64,000 nucleotides of DNA, taken from the NCBI GenBank assembly GCA_037189585.1, contig JBBCJA010000013.1, positions 259,067 through 323,066 on the forward strand, read 5' to 3'. This document shows, one piece after another, positions 29,816 to 39,495 of this stretch; position 1 is the stretch's first letter; each line of letters opens with the position of its first letter. The position numbers and the translations under genes are program-made. This DNA comes from Selenomonadaceae bacterium (GTDB taxonomy: Bacteria > Vulcanimicrobiota > Xenobia > Xenobiales > JADMJV01). The notes below the pieces were generated by a model. It did not search any database, was not told the DNA's origin, and saw nothing but the letters and a program-made list of their open reading frames with translations.

Positions 29816-30250
29816 ATGCGTCCTGAGCGGCTACTACCCATCATCGTGGTGATCGTGGGAGTGGTCGCTTTTTTTTCAGTCTATCACAAGAAGAGCCAGC
29901 CCGTTCCGGTCCCTCCGGAGCTGGCTGGCCTGCCTGGGCCTCGGCTCTTTTTCGAGCACGATTGTGTCACGTGCCATACCGTGACCGCGCTACCGGGCGC
30001 ACGCGGCACCCTGGGTCCGGGGCTTGACGACATCGGACAGCGCGCGCCTACTATGGATGGGGGAGACGGCCGGAACTATCTTCGGGACTCGCTACTGGAA
30101 CCCGGGAAGACCGTACGGGAAGGATTTGTCAACGCCATGCCAAGTTTCGCGGGCAAGATTTCGGATCAGGAACTCAACCAGATGGTCGACTGGCTTCTAA
30201 CTCTCAAGAAGGACGAGGCTAGGTCGCCGGGAGGAAAGTCTGGTGAGTGA
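29816..30250 (+). CDS. Membrane-anchored mono-heme cytochrome c
   Basis: N-terminal TM anchor, then heme-c motif CVTCHTV, with a Met distal ligand candidate at NAMPSF. The start ATG follows the upstream stop. Confidence 0.65.
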   Translation: MRPERLLPIIVVIVGVVAFFSVYHKKSQPVPVPPELAGLPGPRLFFEHDCVTCHTVTALPGARGTLGPGLDDIGQRAPTMDGGDGRNYLRDSLLEPGKTVREGFVNAMPSFAGKISDQELNQMVDWLLTLKKDEARSPGGKSGE

Positions 30251-31040
30251 TTTTCTAGGCGGCCTCTTCACCCCGGACCCTGGAGTCGTGGATGGGATCC
30301 TTGCCCTGTCGGTTCTTTACGTTCTAGCTGTCTGGCCCTTGCGTCGTTACCTGGTACCGGAAGAGCCTTTTGAAAGATGGCGGGCGAGCCTCTTTGCCAC
30401 CGGGGTCGTGATCTTGATTCTCGCGGTAGCGACGCCGATGGACGAGATCGGGGAGAAGTATCTCTTCTCCATGCATATGTTGCAGCATGTCATTTTGATT
30501 TTCATTCTGCCCCCGTTCTTGATTCTCGGCTTGCCCAACTGGTTGGTTGACTTTCTCTTGCGCACCGAGGGACTGGGCGCCGTTTTGAGATTTTTGATCA
30601 AACCCGTGGTGGCCTGCGTTCTGTTCAACGCAATGCTCATCATCTGGCACATACCGGCTTTTTACGAGCTGGCCCTTCGCGACAGTTTGGTCCATCTGCT
30701 CGAACATCTCGGTTTCACCGGGACGGCGATTTTGATGTACTGGCCCCTGATCGACCCTGGGACGAAGAAAGAAGAGAAACCCGTGCATCCGGGGATCAAG
30801 ATCCTTTACATCCTCGGGGTCAGTATCGGCCAGCTGCCGCTCTTCGCGGCCTTGACCTTCTCCAACACGGTTTTCTACCCGACTTATGAGGCCGCGCCCC
30901 GGTTGGAGAGCTTTAACATCAGTCCTATTGATGACCAGATTCTGGGAGGAGCGATCATGAAGATCGCCGCGGTGGCTTATATGTTTTTTGGACTAGCCGT
31001 GTACTTCTATCGCTGGTATTGGTCCGAGCACCGAAGATAG
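30243..31040 (+). CDS. ctaG: caa3-type cytochrome oxidase assembly factor CtaG (Caa3_CtaG family membrane protein)
   Basis: Polytopic. HMLQHVILIFILPPFLILG and WHIPAFYELALRD are typical of Bacillus-type CtaG. GTG start overlaps the upstream stop. Confidence 0.65.
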   Translation: MSDFLGGLFTPDPGVVDGILALSVLYVLAVWPLRRYLVPEEPFERWRASLFATGVVILILAVATPMDEIGEKYLFSMHMLQHVILIFILPPFLILGLPNWLVDFLLRTEGLGAVLRFLIKPVVACVLFNAMLIIWHIPAFYELALRDSLVHLLEHLGFTGTAILMYWPLIDPGTKKEEKPVHPGIKILYILGVSIGQLPLFAALTFSNTVFYPTYEAAPRLESFNISPIDDQILGGAIMKIAAVAYMFFGLAVYFYRWYWSEHRR

Positions 31041-31624
31041 GGCTGCAGCTCCTCGGGAGTGGAGGCGCGGATTTTCGCCCGCGCGTGATGGACGCGACGA
31101 AAAAGGCAGCTCCAGGTTAACAGAACTAAAACCCCGAGCGGCCAAAAAGGTAAGGGCTGGAACCAATAGGCGAGGGCTATCAGTACGGCTCGGTCGGGAT
31201 AGTCTCCCCAGCCCGGCCAGTCTCGGTTGTCCATCAAGCAGACCAGAGCGCAGCGTGCTTTGGCGAAAGATACGAGACATCCGCCGGCCAGAGACAGTAG
31301 AACCAGGTTGGGTGCCAGGGGAAGAAGCCCGAACAACAAGACGCATTCGCAGATTCGATCCCCCATCGCATCGAGGTAGTTTCCCTCGGGGGATTCCTCT
31401 CCACTCTCGCGGGCGACTTCGCCGTCAGCGAGATCGGTCAGTAAACTTGAGGCCGCGAGCCAAAAAGAAAGCTGCGTCTCTCCCGCGCGGGCCGCGCCCG
31501 CCGCCGCCAAAGCGAGGATGATTCCCAACACGCCAACCTGGAACGGGCCTAGCCCTAGACGGAGAAAAGGCCAGGCGAGCAAGCGTTTCAAGGGCCCGAT
31601 GACCGGGCGCAGATGACTCAACAT
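31007..31624 (-). CDS. CDP-alcohol phosphatidyltransferase family membrane protein
   Basis: DGEVARESGEESPEGNYLDAMGDRI matches D-G-x2-A-R-x8-G-x3-D-x3-D. Confidence 0.6.
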   Translation of the reverse strand: MLSHLRPVIGPLKRLLAWPFLRLGLGPFQVGVLGIILALAAAGAARAGETQLSFWLAASSLLTDLADGEVARESGEESPEGNYLDAMGDRICECVLLFGLLPLAPNLVLLSLAGGCLVSFAKARCALVCLMDNRDWPGWGDYPDRAVLIALAYWFQPLPFWPLGVLVLLTWSCLFRRVHHARAKIRASTPEELQPYLRCSDQYQR

Positions 31625-31630
31625 CGGAAA

Positions 31631-32368
31631 TCAGGAAAAGTGGGGACGCGCCACGTCCACCGCGGGATAGACCTCGACCTCCGAGCCTATGGCATGAAAA
31701 GCAGTGTCGGGTTGGGCCTCCCTCAGTGTTCGCGCCCACATTGGTCCGTAGAGCGATAACCAGTCGATGTCGTGAGAGGCCTCGTGAAGATCGCGAAAGA
31801 GCCAGCGGGGGTGGGAAACGTGATAGCGGTTGAGACTACCGTCGTGACCTAAACCGAAGCCCCACTCTTGCTGGGTAAACCAGTCGGCCCATTCGCCGGC
31901 GCGAGAGGCGCTGGTGCCAGGTCCGACTCGCACCTCGACCTGGCTTGCGCGGCCCTGCCAGGAAAGTCTGGTGACCTGCGTCTGGCTGCCGTCGTCGTGA
32001 CTGGTGACCGTGCGCTGCATCGGGCAGGCGGAGTAAGGCTCGTTGTAGGCCATTCGGGCGATCAGGGCGGGGAGACGGCCGGGTATCAGCTCCTTAACGA
32101 ACATCACTCCACGCCGTCCAGCTTCCTCACATTTGACGTAAACACGAAGGTTGAATTCAGGAAACCTGGTGTATCCGGGCCAGGGAACTCCGGCTACTCG
32201 AATGTTTTCGAAATCAAAGGCGACCAAACTGGCGAACGCGGCCCCATCTCTGGTGTCTGGGACCAGACCGGTTGGAAGGGTGCTGGCCAGCATGATCGGA
32301 TCCAGGCGGAAGTTGAGCAAAGTCAGCTCTTTCCAGTCCGCGGTTAAAAACGGAATGTTGGTCTTCAT
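31631..32368 (-). CDS. DUF2071 (YqjF-like) family protein
   Basis: W..LTLLNF...P.GL.PDTRDG.A..SLVAF....RV.G.PWP....FPEFNLRVYV matches the DUF2071 core. The ATG at 32368 is preferred over the upstream TTG. Confidence 0.5.
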   Translation of the reverse strand: MKTNIPFLTADWKELTLLNFRLDPIMLASTLPTGLVPDTRDGAAFASLVAFDFENIRVAGVPWPGYTRFPEFNLRVYVKCEEAGRRGVMFVKELIPGRLPALIARMAYNEPYSACPMQRTVTSHDDGSQTQVTRLSWQGRASQVEVRVGPGTSASRAGEWADWFTQQEWGFGLGHDGSLNRYHVSHPRWLFRDLHEASHDIDWLSLYGPMWARTLREAQPDTAFHAIGSEVEVYPAVDVARPHFS

Positions 32369-32435
32369 TGACCGTAGGCTTTGCGATGAGACTGGAGGAA
32401 TCCCTGTCGACCCCGCCAAGTGGGGCTCACGGACG

Positions 32436-33101
32436 ATGCGAGTCGACTATTTAGCCCATAGCTGCTTTCTCTTGGAGAACTCGGGATTCCGCGTTCTTTT
32501 CGATCCTTACCCGACCGGTATCGGTTATCCGCCGCCCCGGGTTCACGACCCCAATCTGATCGTCGTCAGCCATGATCATTTCGATCACAACGCCGTCGAC
32601 CAGGTCCCCGGGAGAGCCACTGTGGTTCGAGGCATCGCCCGTCGAACCTACGGTCCCGTCACCGTCTCCGGCGCCATCGGTTGGCACGATGACGGCGAGG
32701 GGGCTGAGCCGGTCAGTTTGACTCTACTGGAGTGGTCCGGGCGTCGACTGGCCCACTTCGGCGACCTGGGTTGCCCATTGGATTCAGAGCAGGAAGCTAT
32801 GTTTGAGGATGTCGACCTCCTTTTGCTCCCTTGCGGTGGGGATTTCACTCTCGATGGGGTTTCGGCGGCGCGGGTGGTGGAGAGGCTCCGCCCTAAGGTC
32901 GTGGTTCCGATGCACTACCAGACACCGTTTCTGCGCAAGGACAAGTTCCCTCACATGCAGACCGTGGACAGTTTCCTCTCGGCTTGCGCCAAGTTCGCGA
33001 AGGTGGTTCCGGAACGCTCGGGCGGGAGCGACCTCGAGCGATACTGGTCGCAAGCGGCAGCTGACCCAATCGTATTACACCTTCAACATCAGATGGCTTA
33101 G
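32436..33101 (+). CDS. Metallo-beta-lactamase-fold hydrolase (UlaG/UPF0173-like)
   Basis: HSCFLLE...VSHDHFDH metal-binding motif. About 220 aa. Confidence 0.7.
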   Translation: MRVDYLAHSCFLLENSGFRVLFDPYPTGIGYPPPRVHDPNLIVVSHDHFDHNAVDQVPGRATVVRGIARRTYGPVTVSGAIGWHDDGEGAEPVSLTLLEWSGRRLAHFGDLGCPLDSEQEAMFEDVDLLLLPCGGDFTLDGVSAARVVERLRPKVVVPMHYQTPFLRKDKFPHMQTVDSFLSACAKFAKVVPERSGGSDLERYWSQAAADPIVLHLQHQMA

Positions 33102-33108
33102 GACGTTC

Positions 33109-34662
33109 ATGGAGACATATCAAGATAAATTGGAACGGCTTCACCGGCTCGGTCAAGAGAGCGCCCTGGGTGGGGGAGCCGATCGGCTGGAAAAACATCG
33201 GGCTAAAGGCAAGATGACGGCGCGAGAGCGAATCGAGGCTTTTCTCGATCCGGGGAGCTTCCGCGAACTCGATCGCTTCGTGACCCACCGCTGTCAGGAT
33301 TTTGGCATGGCCGAGAAGACCTTTCTGGGTGACGGCGTGGTCACCGGTCACGGGACCGTCTATGGTCGACTGGTCTACGTTTTTGCTCAGGACTTCACCG
33401 TTTTCGGCGGAGCCCTGGGTGAAGCTCACGCTCAGAAAGTTTGCAAGATCATGGATCTCGCCGTGCAAAACGGGGCTCCGGTGATCGGTCTCAACGACTC
33501 GGGCGGCGCTCGTATTCAAGAGGGAGTGGAGTCACTGGGGGGCTACGCCGAGATCTTCTATCGCAACACGCAGGCCTCTGGAGTTGTCCCTCAGATCTCC
33601 GTCATCTTAGGCCCCTGCGCCGGCGGAGCGGTCTATTCTCCGGCTATCACCGACTTCGTCCTGATGGTGCGGGAGTCGTCCCACATGTTCATCACCGGGC
33701 CCGACGTGATCAAGACGGTGACCAATGAAGAGGTCACTTTCGAGGAGTTGGGTGGCGCCGACACCCACGCCTCCAAGTCCGGAGTCAACCACTTTACCTT
33801 CGATTCCGAGTCGCAGTGCTTACGCTTTCTGCGCGACTTTCTGCAATTTTTGCCTTCCAATAACCTCGACGATCCGCCTCTCGCTCCCACCTCGGACCCG
33901 GCCGACAGGCTGTGCCGGGGGCTTGAGGAGTTGGTTCCGGATAACCCCAACAAGCCTTACGATGTGACCAGGGTGATCGAGGAGATCGTCGACGACCAGC
34001 TCTTTGTTCCCGTTCAGACCGACTGGGCGGGCAACATCGTGGTGGGCTTTGCCCGCTTGGAGGGTCGTTCGGTAGGAATCGTGGCCAACAATCCGATCGT
34101 CCTAGCCGGAGTGCTCGACATCGAGGCCTCTCAGAAAGCTGCTCGTTTCGTACGTTTTTGCGATGCTTTCAACATTCCGCTGGTCACCCTAGTCGACGTT
34201 CCCGGCTTTCTGCCCGGGGTCAAGCAAGAGCACGGCGGTATCATCCGTCACGGGGCCAAGCTTCTGTACGCCTACTGCGAGGCGACCGTACCCAAGGTCA
34301 CCGTCATCTTGCGCAAAGCCTACGGAGGCGCTTACGACGTGATGTGCTCCTCTCACATCCGCTCTGACGCGAACTTCTCCTGGCCGACCGGGGAGATCGC
34401 GGTGATGGGACCGCAAGGGGCAATCAACATCATCTTCCGGCGTGAACTGGCTGAGGCGGCCGACCCCGAAGCCAAAAGAGAAGAGCTGGTGGAAGACTAC
34501 AAGCGCCGGTTCGCTTCGCCTTACGTGGCGGCGTCGCGCGGATTCCTCGACGACATCATCGAACCCAAGGACACCAGGGCTCGGCTGATCGATACGTTGA
34601 GGACTTTACGCGGCAAACGCGTCACTCCGCCATCCCGCAAGCACGGAAATATCCCCTTGTAG
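33109..34662 (+). CDS. Acyl-CoA carboxylase carboxyltransferase (beta) subunit, propionyl-CoA carboxylase PccB-like
   Basis: N-terminus ...[45 protein letters not shown] and two crotonase-fold halves typical of PccB/AccD5. Confidence 0.9.
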   Translation: METYQDKLERLHRLGQESALGGGADRLEKHRAKGKMTARERIEAFLDPGSFRELDRFVTHRCQDFGMAEKTFLGDGVVTGHGTVYGRLVYVFAQDFTVFGGALGEAHAQKVCKIMDLAVQNGAPVIGLNDSGGARIQEGVESLGGYAEIFYRNTQASGVVPQISVILGPCAGGAVYSPAITDFVLMVRESSHMFITGPDVIKTVTNEEVTFEELGGADTHASKSGVNHFTFDSESQCLRFLRDFLQFLPSNNLDDPPLAPTSDPADRLCRGLEELVPDNPNKPYDVTRVIEEIVDDQLFVPVQTDWAGNIVVGFARLEGRSVGIVANNPIVLAGVLDIEASQKAARFVRFCDAFNIPLVTLVDVPGFLPGVKQEHGGIIRHGAKLLYAYCEATVPKVTVILRKAYGGAYDVMCSSHIRSDANFSWPTGEIAVMGPQGAINIIFRRELAEAADPEAKREELVEDYKRRFASPYVAASRGFLDDIIEPKDTRARLIDTLRTLRGKRVTPPSRKHGNIPL

Positions 34663-34669
34663 CTACGTG

Positions 34670-35455
34670 TTAGATCATACCGGGGGTGAGCGCGTCTAAA
34701 ACGGCTCGGTTGAAAAGCTCGGGGGTTTCCAGCATGCAGGCATGGCCGGTGCCACGGAGACGCTCGAGTTTGGCTCCTGGAATGGCTTCGGCAAGCTGTT
34801 GCCCGGAGGACGGTCGGACGAGGAGATCTCCTTCGGCCAGGAGTACCACTGTGTGAGATTGGATTCGATGGAGGTGCGGCGAACTGTCGAAGTCGCGAAT
34901 GGCCGCGACCTGAGCCGCCACGCTGGTGGCATCGAGAGGGTAGGGGTGGGCCGCCAGAGCACTGTGGGCGGCTTCGAGATGTCCCGGACGGTCGAGAAAT
35001 TCTTCCGTGTAGAGCCAGGGAAAAAGGGCGTTTCCGATATCGCGCGGCTGAGCCTGGCTAGCGGCGATGGTTGCGGCCCAACTTTCCAGGACCGCCAGGT
35101 TGCGAGCCCCGATTTTACTGAAGGTACAAGCCAGGAGTAGGCGGTCGACCCGCTGGGGATGCTCTATCGCGATGTGTTGAGCGATCGCTCCTCCCATAGA
35201 GTGACCCAACATGTGGACTTGGGTCAAATTGAGCGTGTCGAGCAGTTCTAGGACATCCTGGGCCATCGAGGCGACAGAATAGGGTCCCGGAGGTTTGGGG
35301 CTTCTGCCTACACCGCGATTGTCAAAAGTGATCAATCGAAACTCCTGGGATAACGCCTCCTTCTGAAAGGTCCAGGAGATTTCGTCGCTGGCTAATCCGG
35401 CGATGAGCAGCAGGGGAGGCTTTTCCGTCGACGTGTCTTCGAAGTAGAGTTTCAT
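34670..35455 (-). CDS. Alpha/beta-fold hydrolase (3-oxoadipate enol-lactonase-like)
   Basis: Nucleophile elbow GHSMGG. 261 aa. Confidence 0.8.
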   Translation of the reverse strand: MKLYFEDTSTEKPPLLLIAGLASDEISWTFQKEALSQEFRLITFDNRGVGRSPKPPGPYSVASMAQDVLELLDTLNLTQVHMLGHSMGGAIAQHIAIEHPQRVDRLLLACTFSKIGARNLAVLESWAATIAASQAQPRDIGNALFPWLYTEEFLDRPGHLEAAHSALAAHPYPLDATSVAAQVAAIRDFDSSPHLHRIQSHTVVLLAEGDLLVRPSSGQQLAEAIPGAKLERLRGTGHACMLETPELFNRAVLDALTPGMI

Positions 35456-35516
35456 TGGCTGAGCTTTCTCTTCAAGTTCGGTAATCCTCGGATTACGTTA
35501 TGCTCCTTCTGGAATG

Positions 35517-35543
35517 AAAGAAGGTCCAGACAGCGTCTGGACC
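35517..35543. terminator. Hairpin terminator downstream of sod
   Basis: aaggtccagac-agcg-tctggacctt perfect stem, followed on the minus strand by a T-rich tract. Confidence 0.35.
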
Positions 35544-35602
35544 TTCCGGCAAGTTTGCCATCAGTGCGGAGCCCGCTTTTAGGCTTGACGCGTCACTAGG
35601 GC

Positions 35603-36349
<747 letters not shown>

Positions 36350-36608
36350 ATGCTTGCCTTTCTTGAGAGCGGCGGAGCACGCCCTGCCGCCCTCCGGATA
36401 TACAGACCCCCTACCTTTGGACAGTCAACCGGCTTTCCGGAGCGCGGTTCCTAGGCTCGGGTTTCGCACTTCTCTCGAAAGATTGGTTTTCGAGGCATTA
36501 TTGTCGATAGGAACCCGAGTGCGGTGTACGATGGTACATAAGCGAGGGACGACAACGCGACAATGATGCCTCGGGAAGCAAGATTCGAGAGAAGTGCGAA
36601 ATCCAAGC

Positions 36609-37877
36609 CTAGGCGGTCACGTAGGAGAACTCGGCTTTGAACTGGTCCGGGGTCAGGTTGACGATGTCGGCCAGACGCTTGAGCGCCGCGGGGTCTTCGA
36701 AGTCCGACCTCTCCAGGCGAATCATGTATTCTCGGGCGATTTGGAAAGAGAGCGAGTTGATATCGACTTCACGAACTCTGGTTTTACCCGTCGTGGGATC
36801 TTTAAGGTCCTCGAAGGTCAGCGGTACGAACTGTTCACGCTGAATCGAGATCATAGCGCCGGAGTTACCTTCCTCCAGGAATTTGACCGCGCCGAATCCG
36901 AGATTCCGGGTGTAGTCGATGTCGTAGGCGCACGGATCGATGCAGCGGAGCTCGTACCCGATCTCTTGATCCACGATGCGGGTTCCGATCCCCAGTTGAT
37001 CCAGTCGTTGTTTGACCGAGAATTTCAATATATCGCTGAAATTAAGCTCGGCCAGTCGCAGGTGGCCGTGCTCGTCATGCTCGATCGACTGGTGCGAGGT
37101 GATCAGTTTGCGCAGCTCGTTCTCATCGAGAAACTCCAGGAAGCCCTCGGCCACGATGGCCAATCCGTGAGGTTTCCCGGCAGCGCGCTTCTTGATGATG
37201 GAGCCCACGATCAAGTCGGTGATCAGCTTGAGAGAGATTTTCCCTTTGAACTCTTCAGGAATCAGAGTGAGGTTGGCCGAGCCGGACTTTCCGATACCCA
37301 GGGCCAGGTGTCCGGTCTTGCGTCCCATCGCCACCACCACGAACCAGCGGCCGGTGGCCCGAGCATCGGCGATGAAGGTATTGACGGTACGAGCTCCCTC
37401 GGCTCGCGCGGTCTCGAAACCGAAGGTTCGGATACCAGGGGGCAGAGGGAGATCGTTGTCGATGGTTTTGGGAACGTGGCAAAAGCGCAGGTCGTAGTCG
37501 AAGTGCTCTTTCGAGTATTCGGCGACCTTGGTGGCCGAAAAGAGGGTGTCGTCACCGCCGATGGTGACCAGGTGCGTGACTCCGATGGCTTTGAGGGTTT
37601 CCACCGCGTTGCGCAGATGCTCTTCCTGCTTGGTGGGATTGGCCCGAGAGGTGCGCAAGATGCTCCCCCCCAGACGATGGATGCGGGTAACCTTAGAGAT
37701 GGAAAGCTCCTCGGTGTTCACGGTACCGGCCATCAGGTGCTTGTAGCCGTCGTAAATGCCGACGACGGAGTGGCCGCGTTTGCTGGCCTCGATGGTGACC
37801 GAGGAGATGACGGAATTGATTCCGGGGGCCGGACCGCCGCCGACCAGGATGCCATAACGTTTTTTCTTGTCTGTCAT
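36609..37877 (-). CDS. 6-phosphofructokinase (PPi-dependent / group III long type)
   Basis: GILVGGGPAPGINSVI, IGGDDT and MGR motifs. 422 aa. Confidence 0.85.
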   Translation of the reverse strand: MTDKKKRYGILVGGGPAPGINSVISSVTIEASKRGHSVVGIYDGYKHLMAGTVNTEELSISKVTRIHRLGGSILRTSRANPTKQEEHLRNAVETLKAIGVTHLVTIGGDDTLFSATKVAEYSKEHFDYDLRFCHVPKTIDNDLPLPPGIRTFGFETARAEGARTVNTFIADARATGRWFVVVAMGRKTGHLALGIGKSGSANLTLIPEEFKGKISLKLITDLIVGSIIKKRAAGKPHGLAIVAEGFLEFLDENELRKLITSHQSIEHDEHGHLRLAELNFSDILKFSVKQRLDQLGIGTRIVDQEIGYELRCIDPCAYDIDYTRNLGFGAVKFLEEGNSGAMISIQREQFVPLTFEDLKDPTTGKTRVREVDINSLSFQIAREYMIRLERSDFEDPAALKRLADIVNLTPDQFKAEFSYVTA

Positions 37878-37927
37878 GGGGCGCGGATTTCCGCGTGTTC
37901 TAAGGGAATCCTTTGACTTTTCTTCAT

Positions 37928-39190
37928 TTATGACAGTCGTTTTAAGGCTTCAAGAACTCCCTGGGCGGCGCGCTCGAAGCTTTGTTCCCTCGCGGCTCGA
38001 GACGCTCCAGCGGAAAGGGCTTGGCGAAGTTGATCGGCCTCGCCACCGAGGAGAAGCTCCAGTTCGCCCCACAGGCGCCTGACGAGTTCGGGTCCGGGTT
38101 TCACCAACCGGCCCGCGCTAGACGACACGGTGGCCCGTGTGCCAAAAGAGGAGACGGCGACCACGGGACATCCTTGTTGCATGGCTTCCAGTGTGGTCAA
38201 TCCGTAGCTTTCGTGCAGTGAACAGACGACAAAAAGGTCGGCCGCGCGGTACCATCCCGCTTTCTCCAGTCCGCCGACATGACCGGGGAAAATGACGCGA
38301 GTCTTGAGTTTTCGAGCCAGTTTTTCTAGCTGTCGGGCGTGGGACGGACCTTGCATGAAGGCTGGGGCTCCAGCGATGACCACGGTGAGATTTCTGGGCG
38401 CTCGACCTTCCGATTCGGCCAGCGCCACGGCTTGCAGAAGACGATGTTGAGCTTTCTCGGGGGAGAGTCGGGAGAGGGTCAAAAGGAGCTGATGGCTTTC
38501 CGGGATGTCGCGGTCGGCGCGCAACTCCCGAGCCCTGGCCGCGATCTCTTCATCGGTGTAGGAGAGAGAAGGGGCACCCCAGCCGATCACCTCGGTCGGA
38601 GAACAGGCTTGCGGATAACTCTCCTTGAGAAGTTCCGCCGCCCCGTATGAAGGCACAAGGTTCAACTGCCCATGCCTCACCACACGCTGTTGTTTCTGAA
38701 ACACTAGCTTCAAGACCTCAGGCCAGGGGAGTCTCTCCGCCTTGTCATAGGCCCAGGCTAAAGAGCGGGGAGAGATCAGGGAGGCGAGATAGAGGCGTGA
38801 AAAGATGTCCACCACGTCGACGTGAAAGATGGTCGCCAGGGAGATGTTCGCGTTGCGCAACGCCAGCACGTTGGGTCCCTCGGAGATATCGTGAGCCAGA
38901 ACGACATCCGGTTTCTCGGTCAGGGCCAGTCGTGTGCTGGCTTTTTCGAAATCTTGGCAAAATCGAGCGTAGGCGAAGGTCGAGAGCGCGCTGGGAGCTT
39001 TCGGCGGGGCGGCGACTTGATAATATCGAGTCTTCGTGGGCGCGCGCGGGCCGGCCCCCACGGCCACCAGTTCGATCCCTTCGCGGCCCGACCACGCTTG
39101 GCACAGTCGCTCGAAGACAGCGGCGCCCCCCCCTAGGGGAACGTCCTCCGAGCCGAAACCGCCGTGGGCGGCTGTCATCAGAATCTTCAC
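37928..39190 (-). CDS. GT4-family (group 1) glycosyltransferase
   Basis: C-terminal E-x7-E retaining-GT motif region (LHESYGLTTLEAM). 420 aa. Confidence 0.8.
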   Translation of the reverse strand: MKILMTAAHGGFGSEDVPLGGGAAVFERLCQAWSGREGIELVAVGAGPRAPTKTRYYQVAAPPKAPSALSTFAYARFCQDFEKASTRLALTEKPDVVLAHDISEGPNVLALRNANISLATIFHVDVVDIFSRLYLASLISPRSLAWAYDKAERLPWPEVLKLVFQKQQRVVRHGQLNLVPSYGAAELLKESYPQACSPTEVIGWGAPSLSYTDEEIAARARELRADRDIPESHQLLLTLSRLSPEKAQHRLLQAVALAESEGRAPRNLTVVIAGAPAFMQGPSHARQLEKLARKLKTRVIFPGHVGGLEKAGWYRAADLFVVCSLHESYGLTTLEAMQQGCPVVAVSSFGTRATVSSSAGRLVKPGPELVRRLWGELELLLGGEADQLRQALSAGASRAAREQSFERAAQGVLEALKRLS

Positions 39191-39300
39191 CCCAACCGGT
39201 TCGTATCAGACTGGTCTCCTCCTTGAGACGGGAGGGAGAAGGGGAATCGTCGATCGGGAAAAATCATGCCGCCAGTTATCTGTAGGGAGGATGATGGATC

Positions 39301-39495
39301 GTGCAAGATTTTATCGCAAAGGTCAGTGGGGAACATAACGACTTGGACTGCCCTGTCTGCAAAAAGCGAGAGTGGGCAACTCTCCCGCTACAGGGGAAGC
39401 TTCCCGTCGGTGAGGGGTCACAGTCGCTCGGCGTCGCCGTCAAGGTGTGCACCAACTGTCACTTTGGACGTTTCTTCGTTCAGTTCTCGAAGTAG
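39301..39495 (+). CDS. Candidate small (64 aa) zinc-ribbon protein
   Basis: CPVCKKREW ... CTNCHFG are two CxxC pairs. GTG start 10 nt downstream of a GGGAGG RBS. It overlaps the probable start of the downstream lipoprotein by about 30 nt. Confidence 0.3.
   Translation: MQDFIAKVSGEHNDLDCPVCKKREWATLPLQGKLPVGEGSQSLGVAVKVCTNCHFGRFFVQFSK

Noticed and set aside
36594-37916. 440-aa ORF on the plus strand
   Set aside because: Antisense to the phosphofructokinase gene. The translation is a low-complexity Gly/Arg/Asp-rich artefact of GC-rich DNA.
39266-39463. ATG-initiated 5' portion of the 657-aa ORF (MPPVICREDD...)
   Set aside because: The translation is not protein-like (Ser/Arg-rich, no hydrophobic core). 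The real gene probably starts at TTG 39464, just before the signal-peptide-like segment.
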